Source: Callorhinchus milii (lineage: Eukaryota). From it: DNA of 64,000 nt. This document shows positions 1 to 11,691 of this stretch, piece by piece. Each line of letters starts with the position of its first letter. The first letter of the stretch is position 1. The position numbers and the translations under genes are program-made. The notes below the pieces were generated by a model. The model was not told the origin of the DNA. It searched no databases and saw nothing but the letters and a program-made list of their open reading frames with translations. The stretch spans positions 56,298,001-56,362,000 of the forward strand of contig NW_024704742.1 in NCBI RefSeq assembly GCF_018977255.1, read 5' to 3'.

Positions 1-128
1 AAAATAAGCACATGTTGGAAACTTTCACCCCTTTGTCCCTTTTGTTAGAATTGGTCATTCACTTCATGACTGGTCGGGGGGTTTTGCTACATCAAATGAT
101 AGGGGTATTATTATTTTATTGTCCTTAC

Positions 129-187
129 CTTTGTCCTACATTTCCATTTGTAAGGTCCTCCAACTGATTTATTGATGCTGGAATAAG
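129..187 (-). pseudogene. Exon, PGK-like repeat 5 (LIPASINQLEDLTNGNVGQ)
   Basis: Acceptor tatttttcattag, donor AG|gtaagg; phase 0 start fits preceding exon; resembles PGK RIKAAVPSIKFCLDNG. Confidence 0.7.
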
Positions 188-869
188 CTAATGAAAAATA
201 TATCACTTCACTTTTGGCAAATTGTGAATAGTAGGAGTACATTCTGCCAGGGATTTATCCTAATTTATGGGTGAGTGAGTGATCCAACCATTTGCTGAAG
301 TTTGGATGGAAGTTTGGTGAGGACATAATCTGAATCAAAGGTAGGTAAGATCACTTCACAATACTGTTTGAATTCACACAGTGGAATAGTCATTTGAGAG
401 ATAAGGTTTACAGAGGGTATATCGTTCCCATGGGACACTATTCCACAAAGAGTTAGAGATTGAAGAGGAAAAATTGATTCAAGTGATTCTGCTTTCACTA
501 TGCTGGGAGGCCTGTTCCAAAAGTCATAGCTCTAAATGTAAAACAGTTCATCTGCAAGTCAGATGTAGCTTTCTGTTTCCTTAGCTTATATTCATGTCGT
601 ATAGGTCTCCGTGCATAGTTTAAGACAGAAAATCTATCCTCTACTCTGCTGATGACCTTTGAGATTTAAAACTTTTGCATCATATTCCCCTTAGGTTACA
701 TATTTAAATAATATGCATTGGTCCTGATATCTATTCTTACTATTTCTAAGATGAATCATTCAAAGTACATTCATTTTTCTGCTCCCTTAGGTGAAATTGT
801 TTCTGTAATATTGCATTATGTCTGTTCCTGTTTCTTATGTTCACCAAAAGGGTCTCGGGAGAATGTTAC

Positions 870-1029
870 CTTGTTTTTGTCCAACTTATCTAACGTAAGT
901 AACCAGCTATGTGTTCAGAAAACTGGCCACTGTGATATGATTAACTCATCTTTGGTTTCTATAGTAATCTTTCTGAGCATTATGTTATGTGATGGCAAAG
1001 AGGCAAAAATAGGCAACGGAGTTTCAAAC
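870..1029 (-). pseudogene. Exon, junction of repeats 4 and 5 (FETPLPIFASLPSHNIMLRKITIETKDELIISQWPVF*THSWLLTLDKLDKNK)
   Basis: Acceptor cctttttttag, donor AAG|gtaac; one TGA at 915-917; LPIFASL ~ PGK C-terminal LPGVDAL, then gapless resemblance to N-terminal [23 protein letters not shown]. Confidence 0.75.
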
Positions 1030-1139
1030 CTAAAAAAAGGCCCTGCTTCTGACATCAGATTTATGCGATCAGAAATCAACACACTACGATTTGTTCTCAT
1101 GTAATCCGGAGGTGACAGCAGGGTAACTATTTTGTTCTC

Positions 1140-1290
1140 CCAGTGATTTCACATACCTATAAATGCAACAGTTCGTGATCACGTTTTTGTTCCACATGCC
1201 AGAATGTCCTGGGGATGTAGCTAGCCTCATCTGATCTTCTCTCTCTATTCACCAAGAATGTCAGAGACTTAAACCTGCCACCATTCATTG
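1140..1290 (+). mobile_element. Very degenerate PIF/Harbinger transposase fragment
   Basis: *FHIPINATVRDH...AR.PG resembles HARBI1-type GFHSINVQLVCDH...ARFPGS. Confidence 0.35.
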
Positions 1291-1360
1291 TTTTCATCCA
1301 ACAATGGAACACATGTAAATGACAAATATGCTTGCACGGAGAATCAAACAGGAAATGTAC

Positions 1361-1513
1361 CTACTGCATAATCGACACACAGTCTCTGAAATGATTCAGA
1401 ATGCTTTATTTAAGAAGCTCCCTTTCATCTGCTCAGAGACTGTGTCAACAAAGGGCACTATTTTGTGCTGGCTTGCTCATTTCCTGCTTTGGTGTGTGTG
1501 GAACCAGTTTATT
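1361..1513 (-). pseudogene. Exon, repeat 4 (INWFHTHQSRK*ASQHKIVPFVDTVSEQMKGSFLNKAF*IISETVCRLCS)
   Basis: Acceptor ttatcttgtgctgcag, donor AG|gtacat; phase 2 end matches next exon; TGA at 1477-1479 and 1396-1398; DTVSEQMK ~ DTATCCAK. Confidence 0.7.
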
Positions 1514-2244
1514 CTGCAGCACAAGATAACAAGCTTAGTTCAAGTGAAGAAAACCCTTCACCTGATGTAGCATTTGTGCAACGCAATATGAAAGTGTTCT
1601 GTGAAATCTTTTGATTGTTCACATGGGAAATAAAATTCAGTAGAGGGTCACTTGTGGTTCTTCATGTGTATGTGTTGTCTTCTGAAATCATTACTGAGGA
1701 TAGTTTTATTTTTCATCCTCTGAGAAGGCCACAATATATTCTATCATAGCTTCCACTAGGCTGGGGGAAGGGACATCCCCACTATCTACTGCTCCCTGCC
1801 ACTTGCTGTAAAGACCGATCACCTTGACCAGCCACTGGTGACTGGATACCACTTGCTTCTGCTTGTCTACCAATGTTGAGCTGCTTGATGCAGTACTTGA
1901 TGGCACAAGGCTGCTAAAGCTATTCCACACCAACAAGCCTTCTGAATGCTGTCCGGAATGCAGGGTCGGCAAAGATAAAGTGGCGCCCTGAGGGAAAGCT
2001 GACATTCCAGTGGCAGTATCTTGATTATCCTGAGCTGTTGGGGTACATTCAGACTCATGTCACAAGTTCAGCATATAACTAGTTATGGAGTCAAGGTGTT
2101 AAATCTATTTCCAACCAAATAATTCAAAACTTGTTAAAGATCAATCTGAAGTTACACTATAGATCTCAGCAACTAGTTTAATGCATTCAGTACAGCATTT
2201 AAAATAACTGAAACTTTGAACATACAACATTATGTCAGCCTAGA

Positions 2245-2813
2245 GTGGAGTCCTGTAGCTTAGTGGTTTGAGCACTCGCCTCGTAAGTGAAAGAACCTGG
2301 ATTTGATTCCTGGGCAGGGCAAAATATTAGGCAAGTTTCATTAATACACACACCTCTGTTTACCTAGCAGTAACTAGGAACCCGGGGTTGTTAGTAAATT
2401 GGCAGATCGCTTTCTATGGGCATAATAATCCCTTAAAAAATAATAATTTGGTCAATCAATCCACAACTGTTTGTAGAACACTGCTGTGCAGAATTGGCTG
2501 CTGCGTTTCACCCACAAAATATAATAAAATAAAAANTAATAATCCTTGCTTTTTGATATAGTGCTTTTCACGTCTTCGAAACTATTATTTGGGATTATTA
2601 TTATTATCAAGCATGTGGAGTAAGGAAACTTGCCCAAGGTTTCGCCCTGCCGGGAATTAAACCCAGGTCTCTTTCTTGTGAGGCAAGTGCTCTAACCACT
2701 GAGCTACAGGACTCCACAAATATACAGTAAATCCACTTTACAGTATATTCTTGAATGGCTTTGAGATATCTCGAACACGTGATAAGGCGCTTTCAAATGC
2801 AAGGATTATTATT
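2245..2813 (+). mobile_element. tRNA-derived DeuSINE-type SINE split by a nested opposite-strand SINE (about 2535-2716)
   Basis: GTGGAGTCCTGTAGCT head, Deu-like core, (ATT)n tail at about 2813; inner minus-strand copy flanked by duplicated aaatata. Confidence 0.85.
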
Positions 2814-3951
2814 ATGTAACATATCCACAGAAGGTTGCTGAATAATTGTTTTACCATCAATTTATAGAGAAACCATTTTCCGAATGACAACTTTCCTAAA
2901 ATTGACTTTATCAGTAATTTTCCAGTGTACATTTCAACCAGCCTTGATTGTCTTCTCAATGTCTCTTTTAGCTCTATCGTTGTCAGTGTTGCACATTAAT
3001 TAATTAAAGAACATTGCATTGTGTAGTTTCTTTATCAATTGCACTGCTTAGTTTCTAACCTCCAACAGGGTACGCATGTGTCAAAAAGTACACTCTTTGA
3101 TGAAATACACAATTGTAATGACAACACCACCAACGGTAAAAGCTTGTATTTATGTAGCACCCTTCAAGCAGGATAGAATCTCAGAGCCTGCAAGCCAATT
3201 GCAACAGGTCTCCTGCTGTCTGAGCATAGCAGAGATAGAAGCTCACTCAGAGAGGAATCCTAAAAGGTCCCCTCAATTAGAAAAGAGTCCGCCAAAGTCC
3301 CCTCACTCAGAAGAGACCCCCATGGCTCCCTCATAGAGAGTTTTGCCTGTTTTTGCACACTCTTTTCCCGGAATCTATCATTTACTTGTCAGTTCTCAAA
3401 TGACTTCATATGAAACAAATCATTACACGTAAATATGCAGCAAAGTGAGGACACAGAGCAAGTATAATTTCACTTGAATGATGAGTTTAGGATAGGAACA
3501 GTAATACATGTGCTGATCATCTCAAGAAATGTCTTATCTCAGGGTACTGCTGGTAAGAAAAATTCCGATGAGATTTAAATTGCACAGACACTCTGACAGC
3601 AGGCCAGTACATTAGAGATGACAAATGTCATATTTAAGATATCGCTTAGATCAGTTGTTGCATCTCCATAATACTTTGTGCAAATATAACATTTTACTGT
3701 AGGACTGGAATGTATCCAGCAAGCTGCCAAATTCACTGTGATGGTCATGGTAAACCTTGTATTTTCTACCTGAGTGCAGTTTTGTGTGTCAGCTGTGAAG
3801 TGCTTTGAGACGAATGGCAAAAAGTGTTATATCAAATGTGGGTATTACTATTAATAAAATTAAAATTATTATTGTCTGCTGAAGGTTAACATCCCTTATT
3901 TTCTAAATAGATTTTAAATCGGTTACCATGCAGTTGGATCTGGCTACTTAC

Positions 3952-4019
3952 ACCATGGTAATTGACAGTTCTGGGAATGCTCCTGAAGGCCGCTTCAGCA
4001 TGTTGTTCTTTTTCACTCC
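3952..4019 (-). pseudogene. Exon, repeat 4 (GSEKEQHAEAAFRSIPRTVNYHG)
   Basis: Acceptor gtgtcactttcag, donor |gtaagt; resembles PGK [22 protein letters not shown]. Confidence 0.7.
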
Positions 4020-4250
4020 CTGAAAGTGACACCAGAGATGATACATAACAATATAATTGGAGAAACAGAAAAATGGTAGACAGAAAGTAAGTTTGGTACA
4101 ATATAATGATTCATTTAACAGGACAGTGATCTCATCAAAGAACCACAATGAGGTAACGAAGAAAGGAAATCAATAATCTGTCTTGAAAAATACAATTAGA
4201 ACCATGCTAGGCAAAACTCATATCTAAATTGTACAAAGGCATATATTTAC

Positions 4251-4279
4251 CTTTACTGCTGTGTATTCTAAGGCCTAGC
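4251..4279 (-). pseudogene. Short exon, repeat 4 (LGLRIHSSK); 5' edge uncertain
   Basis: Donor AAG|gtaaat; phase 1 end matches next exon; LGLRI ~ MGLD(C/I). Confidence 0.45.
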
Positions 4280-4694
4280 CTGAATTAGTTATATTGAATC
4301 AGTATTAAAAATAACATATAATGATTATCTATGTACCTTTATGTAAGACACAGCATTCACTGTAACAAATAAGAGTGAGAAATTCATAAGAGACTTTCTC
4401 ACTTTTAACTTTAAGAATAAGTTATACATCCTAAATAAAGAAATGCACTCTTCATGCGACATGTCTTAATTTTGAATTATTAATCATGCTTTACATGTAT
4501 GATTTAAAAAAACAATAGCATGCCTCAGTGACATTTGAATTATGATAACTTCATAAATTTATTAGTATTTGCGTATCTGAACATAACTATTACTTAGTCT
4601 CTCGTGAGAGCATTGTGAGGAATAAGAGAATAGAGGGGTATGGGAGGCGAATACAGAGAGGCAATTAGGATGCTTGAAGGCTAATGCCGAGTAT

Positions 4695-5100
4695 AATAAT
4701 TATTATTATATTGGACATCGCATCTTTCACATCAGGTGGATATCTCAAAGCACCTCACAGGATACACTGTAAAGTGTAGTGACTGTGTATTTTGTAGATG
4801 AATACAGGGGCTGATTTGCATACAGGTTTGTTCCACAAACAATTATGAAGTGAATGACCAATTTTATTTGAGGGATTGTTGCCCAGAACACTGGGGCAAA
4901 CTTTCTTCTCTTTTCAAACAGTGGTATGGGATCTTTAACATCCATTTGAACAGACAGATGGGGCCTTGCTTTAGTATCACACAAAGCAAGGCACCTCTGA
5001 TAATACAGCACACCCTATCCCTGCAATGGAGTGTCAGTTTAGACTTATAAATTGTGAATTCTGAAGTGAGGCTTGAACCTTGATCTAGCAGCCTTCCTTC
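4695..5100 (-). mobile_element. Old SacSINE1-like DeuSINE
   Basis: Reverse complement contains GATGTTAAAGATCCCATACCACTGTTTGAA...TTCTGGGCAACAATCCCTC core and SINE tail. Confidence 0.7.
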
Positions 5101-5768
5101 CAAATACAAACTCCTTCAGATACCATAATGTATCTGTCTTTTAGATTAGGTGTTAAACGAAAACTCTATCTGCCTACGAAATGGATATAAAAGATCCAGT
5201 TTCGCGATTTGTGAAGTTTCTCCTGATCTTTTGGCTAAAAACTCTCCAGATTAATAGTCCATTAATCTCTATTAATCTGGATTAATAGATATTCTAAAAA
5301 ATAGAATTTTTTTAAGCAAGGAGATGGGATTCTGCCTGTGTGAGACCAGTATGAGCAAAAATAAATAAAGATTCCTCAAATAAAATTGGTCACTCACTTC
5401 ATGGCTGTTTGAGGAAGATTATTGTTATCGAGATGTCTCAAAACACTTCATAAGATACACTATAAAATGGCTTGAATGTGTATTTTGTGGATGAAAAGTG
5501 GTAGCAAATTCACACACAGCAGTTTCCCACAAACAGGCTGCATGCTTCACAAGTGGTACGTGTACTTGGAACTCTGTTTGGTTTGAGGTTTTTTTAAGCC
5601 AAGGAGATGGGATTCTGTCTGTTTAAGAACCAGTCCAAGCAAAAAAAATGTTTTAATTGTGTTAGAATATTGATTACTGTAACTTTTCACAAAAACAACA
5701 GGATAAACCACTTTACTGAAAGTGCATTTGCTGGATCACTGGAGCTAACTAATTTAGCCTGGGCATAC

Positions 5769-5904
5769 TGACTCTTTCTGACTGGTGCAGTTCATGCGAA
5801 TAATAGTTTCAAGTTATAACCATCTTTTTGCATAATGGGTTATAGAAAGTGCAGTATTTACATGCTGAGGTGCAATGATCAAATGATGAAGTCAACAATT
5901 TAGG
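5769..5904 (-). pseudogene. Exon, repeat 4 (LNC*LHHLIIAPQHVNTALSITHYAKRWL*LETIIRMNCTSQKES)
   Basis: Strong acceptor cagccttttcttag, donor |gtatgc; VNTALSITHYAK sits where the PGK helix before the LPVD motif is expected; two stops. Confidence 0.5.
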
Positions 5905-6279
5905 CTAAGAAAAGGCTGGAAGAATTGTATGCTGGAGTATAGAATAGAGATTTCATCAACAAAGGCAGTTTACATTTATATAGCACTTTCACACAAAGGT
6001 ATTTACACAGCTGACTAGGGACCAAGCTGGGAATGGGGATCTGGGATAGGGATGGTGGGGAGGGGAGAGGAGTAGCTGAAAGGCAAGTCAAAGGTCTCAA
6101 ATAGGGTTTTGAAGTGGGGAAGGAGGGAGCTGGGTAATGGGATTCTGGAATGGGATTCCAGAGAGTGGAAATAGAGTGGCTGAAAGTTTACTCCTCCAAT
6201 AGTGGGTTAGATCATTTGGGGATAGCAGCAGGTTGGTGTTTGCTGAGTGTGGAGAACATGGCTGGGGTAGAAGGGTTAT

Positions 6280-7580
6280 ACAACAACAACAACAAGATTA
6301 CATTTGTATAGCACCTTTTGCGTCGGGGGGGGGACGTCCCAAGGCACTGGACAGAGTACAGCATTTCAAACCCGAGCTGGGGTTGTGGGGGAGAAGGGAG
6401 GGGAGGGGAAGGGGGTGGCCGATGGCATGGTCGAACAGGAGGGTCTTGAGGCGGGACTTGAAAGAGGCTAAGGAGGGGGCGAGGCGGAGTGATTGAGGGA
6501 TGGGATTACAGAGATTGGGGGCAGAGTGGCTGAAGGCTCTCCCGCCAATGGTGGGGCGGCTGGGTCAGGGGACGTGGAGCAGGCCAGAGCTGGCCGAGCG
6601 GAGGGAGCGGGTGGGTTGATAGGGATTTAGGAGATTGCAGAGGTAGAGTGGGGCGAGGCCATGGGGGCTTTGTATGTGAGGACCAGTATCTTGATATGGA
6701 TCCTCTGAAGGGTAGCGAGCCACTGGACTTGGGCGAGAGTGGGGGAGATGGGGTCACGGAGTTTGGTGAGGGAGAGGACACGGGCTGCAGAGTTCTGAAT
6801 TATCTGCAGCCTGTGGAGGGAGGCGTTGGGAAGGCCGACAAGAGGGGCATTTGCATAGTCGAGCTTGGAGGTGATGAAGGCATGAACAAGAGTTTCAGTG
6901 GCCTGAGGGGTGAGGTAGTGGTGGAGTCGGGTGATGTTACGGAGGTGAGGGAAGGCAGAGCGGGTTATGGCTTGAAAGTGGGGAAGAAAAGACAGTTGAG
7001 GGTCGAACAAGACACCTCGGTTCCTGACTGGCTTGGTGAGTTGTAGTGAGCAACCATGGAGGTTGATGCTGTCAGGGCCTGAGGTGCTGAGGCTCTGGTG
7101 TGAGCCAATCAGGAAGGCCTCGGTCTTGTTCACATTCAACTATAGGAAATTTACCCTCATCCAGGACTTGATGTCCGACAGACAGTCTTTCAGGACAGCA
7201 GTGGTCCTGGAGTTGAGGGTGGAGGCAGAAAGATAGAGTTGGGAGTCATCCGCATACATATGGAAGTTGACCCCATGTCTGCGGATGATGTCACCAAGGG
7301 GGAGCATGTAGATATTAAAGAGGAAAGGGACAAGGACAGAGCCCTGGGGGACGCCAGATGTGACAGTGCAGGGGCTGGAGGAGAAACCGTTGGAGGCAAT
7401 GAAGTGGAGACAGAGAGAGAGATAGGAATCGAACCAGGCAAGGGCAGGTCTGTGAAGATTGAGTAAAGCGGAGAGGCGGTGTATGAGGATGGAGTGGTCG
7501 ACAGTTTCGAAGATAGCAGAGAGGTGGAGGAGGACAAGGAGGCAGAGGGAGCCCTGATCACAGATGTTCAGAATGTCATT
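6280..7580 (-). mobile_element. L2 LINE, 5'-truncated (RT C-terminal region and 3' tail); older L2 tail adjacent at about 5955-6270
   Basis: HMYADD codons near 7245-7262; ORF 6627-7139 with LVHAFITSKLDYAN...LQIIQNSAARVL; (GTT)n tail. Confidence 0.92.
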
Positions 7581-7624
7581 AGGAGGTCACAGAGCTAGAT
7601 TGGGGTGAAGATATGGAATGTTCT

Positions 7625-8040
7625 TTACATCAAAATAATTTTCATTTTGTAATGCCTTATGTCAAAACATCTCAAGCGCTGTGAGGTGTGATTTTTTTTA
7701 GCTAAACACAGATTTGCATCAACAAGGTCCCACAAGCAGCTGTGAGGTGAATAATCTATTAATCTGGAGAGTTCTTAGCCAATTAGGAGATCAGGAGAAA
7801 CTTTACAAGAGATCAGGAGAAACTTTACAAATCATGTCACTGGTTCTTTTATGTCAGTTTGATCAGGCAGATAGCATTTTGGTTTAACACCTAATCTAAA
7901 AGATAGGTTTTCCAACAATGCAGCTTTTCCCCAGTGCAATACCAAAGGGTAAACTCGACTATAAGATTGTGTCCTGATGTGGGTCTTGAACTCATAGATC
8001 TAACCCAAAGACATAAATTTCTGGTATCTTAACTAAGCTG
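7625..8040 (-). mobile_element. Old SacSINE1-like SINE with internal 22-bp tandem duplication
   Basis: Deu-like core on minus strand; gagatcaggagaaactttacaa twice at about 7787-7830. Confidence 0.65.
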
Positions 8041-8236
8041 CCATAATTATCACTGCATGTCCAACCTACAAAATATACAGTTAATTCACTTTATAGTATA
8101 TTCCGTGAAGCGCTTTGAGATGGCTTAAAGACGTGATAAAGTGCTATATCAATTGCACCAGGATTCAACCTAATTGGCCTGCAGAAAGGTAAGCATCTTC
8201 TGCTTAAACTCCACACCTCCAACTGGTAGAACAATT

Positions 8237-8239
<3 letters not shown>

Positions 8240-8269
<30 letters not shown>

Positions 8270-8573
8270 CCTTGCATTTGATATAGCGCTTTTCACGTCG
8301 GGAGGACGTCCCAAAGCGCTTCACAGAATAGACTGTAAAGTGAATTGACTGTATATTTGTGGGCGAACGCGGCAGCCAATTGCGCACAGCAATGTCTCAC
8401 AAACAGTCGTAGATTGAAAAATGACCAATTTATTATTGTTTTTTATTTTGGAGGGATTATTATTAGGCGTGTGGAGTAAGGAAACTTGCCCAAGGTTTCG
8501 CCCTGCCTGGAATTGAACTCAGGTCTCTCGCTTGCAAAGCGAGTGCTCTAACCACTGAGCTACAGGACTCCAC
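8240..8573 (-). mobile_element. Young full-length tRNA(Ala-like)-headed DeuSINE with L2-like tail
   Basis: Head GTGGAGTCCTGTAGCTCAGTGGTTAGAGCACTCGCTTTGCAAG...GAGTTCAATTCC (A and B boxes); near-identical to four other copies; (ATT)n tail; TSD aattgtt. Confidence 0.95.
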
Positions 8574-8939
8574 AAATTGTTCAATGGGAAGGGATGCGTT
8601 TTCAAGCTGCAGACATGAAGATGGTGTTAATGAGCTGTTTTGCCGACCAGGAAGCCTGCACGGAGTTCACAGGGAGTTCCCGGTATCTATCATCCACCTA
8701 GTGCAGGGGTCGAACCGCGCGGGGCCGTTTTGGAGCTGAACTGGCAGTACTCCAGGGCACTGCTGATGACAGCACAGGCTGGCTCATTGGCAGGACCTGG
8801 AGGGGCAGACCAGTCACTAGGTACAGGGAATCATCGCAGTCATCTCCTGTTAACAATGCAAGCCACGCCCTTAAGAGGAGGATAGTCCTTGCCGACAAAC
8901 AGCGGGAAAGCTTGCCAGATAGTGCTCTCAAAGGCAAGC

Positions 8940-9210
8940 AACACGGTTTTAGCTGGTTAGAATCCAGCAGTATCGAAACACACACTCTGGATTCCTCAAG
9001 CCTTGGCTCTTGCCAACCTGCAGCTGATACTTTCCAGAATGAGATAAGCAGGATACATCCCTTCGGAGGATAGCGCGCATTCCATTTCAACAAATATCTC
9101 TGGAATTTTCCATGTGTAGATGGGACGCATGAAACTCTCATTTTGGTTTGGATACTCTTAAGCATGGTGATGGGTTTCCACATGTGTCACATTCCTGGCT
9201 GACCAAAAAA
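8940..9210. repeat. Unclassified interspersed repeat, copy 1 (may extend left to about 8590)
   Basis: Colinear similarity to 39025-39275 and 24405-24610, including TTGGTTTGGATACTCTTAAGCA. Confidence 0.8.
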
Positions 9211-9504
9211 ACAAAAACACTTCTGTATCCCCCTTTCTCTGAGCCTGCTACAATGATGTACTTTTTACTGTGATGGATTTAAAGCCACAGTACAATTTGA
9301 GCTGAACAGAGTGGTCCAAACACAAATCTCATTGAAAGCTCCCTGCCGAGGGCACTTTCTGATGTAGTTTTTGCAGGGCATTGGCTTACAAATCTGCTGT
9401 ATCAGTTTAGTGCAAATCCAAAGAATGCCCAAGAATTTTTATATCTTATTTCAATGTTATTGAAGAGCAGAAGATTTGCAATTGGATAAATCAATTTTCT
9501 TATT

Positions 9505-9780
9505 TCTAATAATAATAATAATCCTTGCACTTAATAGTGCTTTTCATGTCTTCTAGAGGTCTCAAAGTGCTTCACAGAATAGACTGTAAAGTGAATTGAT
9601 TGTATATTTGTGGATAAAATGTGACAGCCAATTGGGCACAGCAGTGTCCAACAAACAGTCGTGGATTGAGTGACCAAATTATTATTGTTTCCCCAGAAAA
9701 GCAATCTGTCAATCAACTAACAATCAGGTTCCTATTTACTACTAGGTAAACAGAGGCGTGTGGAGTAAGAAACTTGCCCA
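9505..9780 (-). mobile_element. SINE, same superfamily, diverged and 5'-truncated
   Basis: (AAT)n, tail, Deu core and GTGTGGAGTAAG..AACTTGCCC. Confidence 0.85.
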
Positions 9781-9794
9781 ACATTAGATAAATG

Positions 9795-10180
9795 CCAGCT
9801 ACTTAGACACAACATATTGCATGCATTCTTAATCTACTAACCCCAATCGCTACTAAGAGATGATAGATGCAGAATGAATTCATGGTTGATGATTCAACTA
9901 TAATAAACAACTCATATTAAGAAAAAAGCATAGAAAAGACAACTTCATTATTGGAAGAACACTTAGGACGCTGAAAGTACCCTTCTGGAGGTGCTTTTCA
10001 AATGGTCAGCAAAATCTTAAATATATGCTGTATACCTTGCAATGCGGCTTTGCAGAGGAGTGGATCTGCCTGAGGAAAGAGTTCATGCCTCAGCCATAGA
10101 AGATGCTGAGCTCAACAGCCTGCTCATGCAGGTGATGCAATTGGAGTGGCAAGAGAATTAAGGGCAAACTTTACCCAGGC
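9795..10180 (+). mobile_element. Degenerate PIF/Harbinger transposase C-terminal fragment
   Basis: LLTP..., IIGRTLRTLKVPFWRC ~ IERTFGLLK.RFRC, LAMRLCRGVDLPEE ~ HN.A..RG..L.EE of HARBI1-type transposases. Confidence 0.55.
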
Positions 10181-10569
10181 ATATTCACAAATCCAAAAGA
10201 AAAATCATTGCTCGTTATAACAACAATAATAATGCATTTATATAACGGCTTTCTTTCAAATCATAAAAACAATCAGAGTGTTACAGAATAAAATGGCTAT
10301 GAAAAGTCAGTGAATAATAAATCAGTAGGACATCGTGCCTGCAGCATAAAATAAAAAATAATAATAATAATCCTGACATTCGCAACTGCTATGACCTGAA
10401 TCTCAGGAACTCCTGGTCTCAATACCTCTGTCTTGGCTCCCTCTTTGCCCTTCTTCAAATAACACTGAAGACTTTCCTCTTTAACCATTCTTTCGGTCAC
10501 CTCCCATCCCTCCTTGGCTTGGTGTCAAGCCATGCCACTGTTAAACACTCTGTGGCATTGTTGTTGTTG

Positions 10570-10970
10570 TGTTTGGTATAGGGCCTTTCATGTCAGGAGG
10601 ACTTCTCAAAATATTTCACAGGAGATACTGTAAAGTGCAGTGATTGTTGTAGGTAAACGTGGCAGCCACTTTATGCACAAACAGCCAACAAGCGAATGAA
10701 CAATTTTATTTTGGAGGAATTGTTGGTTAGGACAGTGCGAGAAACTCCTTTCGGTTTTCAAATAGTGCCCTGAAATCTTTAAACTGAACAGGCAGATGGG
10801 ATCTCGGTTGGTGTCTCATCCAAAAGATGGCACCTTCAATATTGCAAAGCTCTCTTAGCACCATATTGGTGCTAAACTCTGATCTTATAGTCCCAACTTC
10901 TGAACCCATACTTCCTGAAGCCTCGTCGCTGACCCAATGTGCTACTAATTGAGTCAGACTGGCACCCACT
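10570..10970 (-). mobile_element. Old SacSINE1-like SINE
   Basis: Reverse complement shows GGTGCCATCTTTTGGATGAGAC...GCACTATTTGAAA core. Confidence 0.7.
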
Positions 10971-11318
10971 AGTTATCTTGATGGAATATTTTCATATTTT
11001 CCTAATCAATGCTACTTGGCATGAAGAATTTTTTTAGATCCCATTACTTAAATCCAATGCAATTTTTCAGTATTTGTGGACTCAGATAATGGTTGAGATA
11101 GTCCATTTTATTTAACATTACACTTGGTTGCATCCAGCATACTAGATCTTATCTCTGGGGGAGTAAGTCTTGCACAATTCTGAGTCGTAATCAGAGAGCG
11201 TCTCAAAAGCGTTTGAATACAAACTCATTTTCAGAAAAAGAAGTGCTTAATGTATTGTTATCATTTCTCTAAATAGATTTTATAATTGCGAATTTTATGA
11301 CACTTCTATTATATTCAC

Positions 11319-11442
11319 CCAAACCATTTCTCCTTAATTTATTGTTCACTTTACACCCAGCAGAACCATGCACCAGTTTAATATTCCTTTTATCATCAGC
11401 TGTGACTTCACTAGGCTTAACAAAGAGAGCATGTTTGACCTC
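11319..11442 (-). pseudogene. Exon, repeat 4 (RSNMLSFVKPSEVTADDKRNIKLV...); 3' edge uncertain
   Basis: Acceptor ctatgatacag; open frame at the position expected for PGK FLAILGGAKVADK. Confidence 0.4.
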
Positions 11443-11548
11443 TGTATCATAGATTAAAAAGTTCCCCCACTGGTTGATGAGGAATCCTTTAAAAACATAA
11501 GCAATGAGAGATTTTTACTCATTTACAGTGATCTTCATTTCCTATTAC

Positions 11549-11691
11549 TCATCGACCTTTCTGATATAATCTCAAATTGGTGGCTTCTTCACTGATGAGC
11601 AGTGCAATCAACATTACAATAAGATTTTTAGCAAATGTATAGACTGAGGCACTTTGCCTCACAAATACAAACATTTTTAATATAACTGGAG
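11549..11691 (-). pseudogene. Exon, repeat 4 (PVILKMFVFVRQSASVYTFAKNLIVMLIALLISEEATNLRLYQKGR*)
   Basis: Acceptor tatcactttag; phase 1 start matches previous exon; gapless resemblance to bacterial PGK [29 protein letters not shown]. Confidence 0.6.

Noticed and set aside
718..1570. Plus-strand ORFs 718-1104 and 1319-1570 (also 51630-51932)
   Set aside because: They overlap minus-strand exons as antisense shadows and have no plus-strand splice structure or homology.
3240..3335. 30-bp imperfect tandem repeat encoding an SP-rich peptide
   Set aside because: Only about three degenerate units with no splice or homology support.
8500..8573. tRNA-Ala gene (and similar heads elsewhere)
   Set aside because: The tRNA-like sequence is the 5' head of a SINE, continuing into the Deu core and LINE-like tail in all copies.
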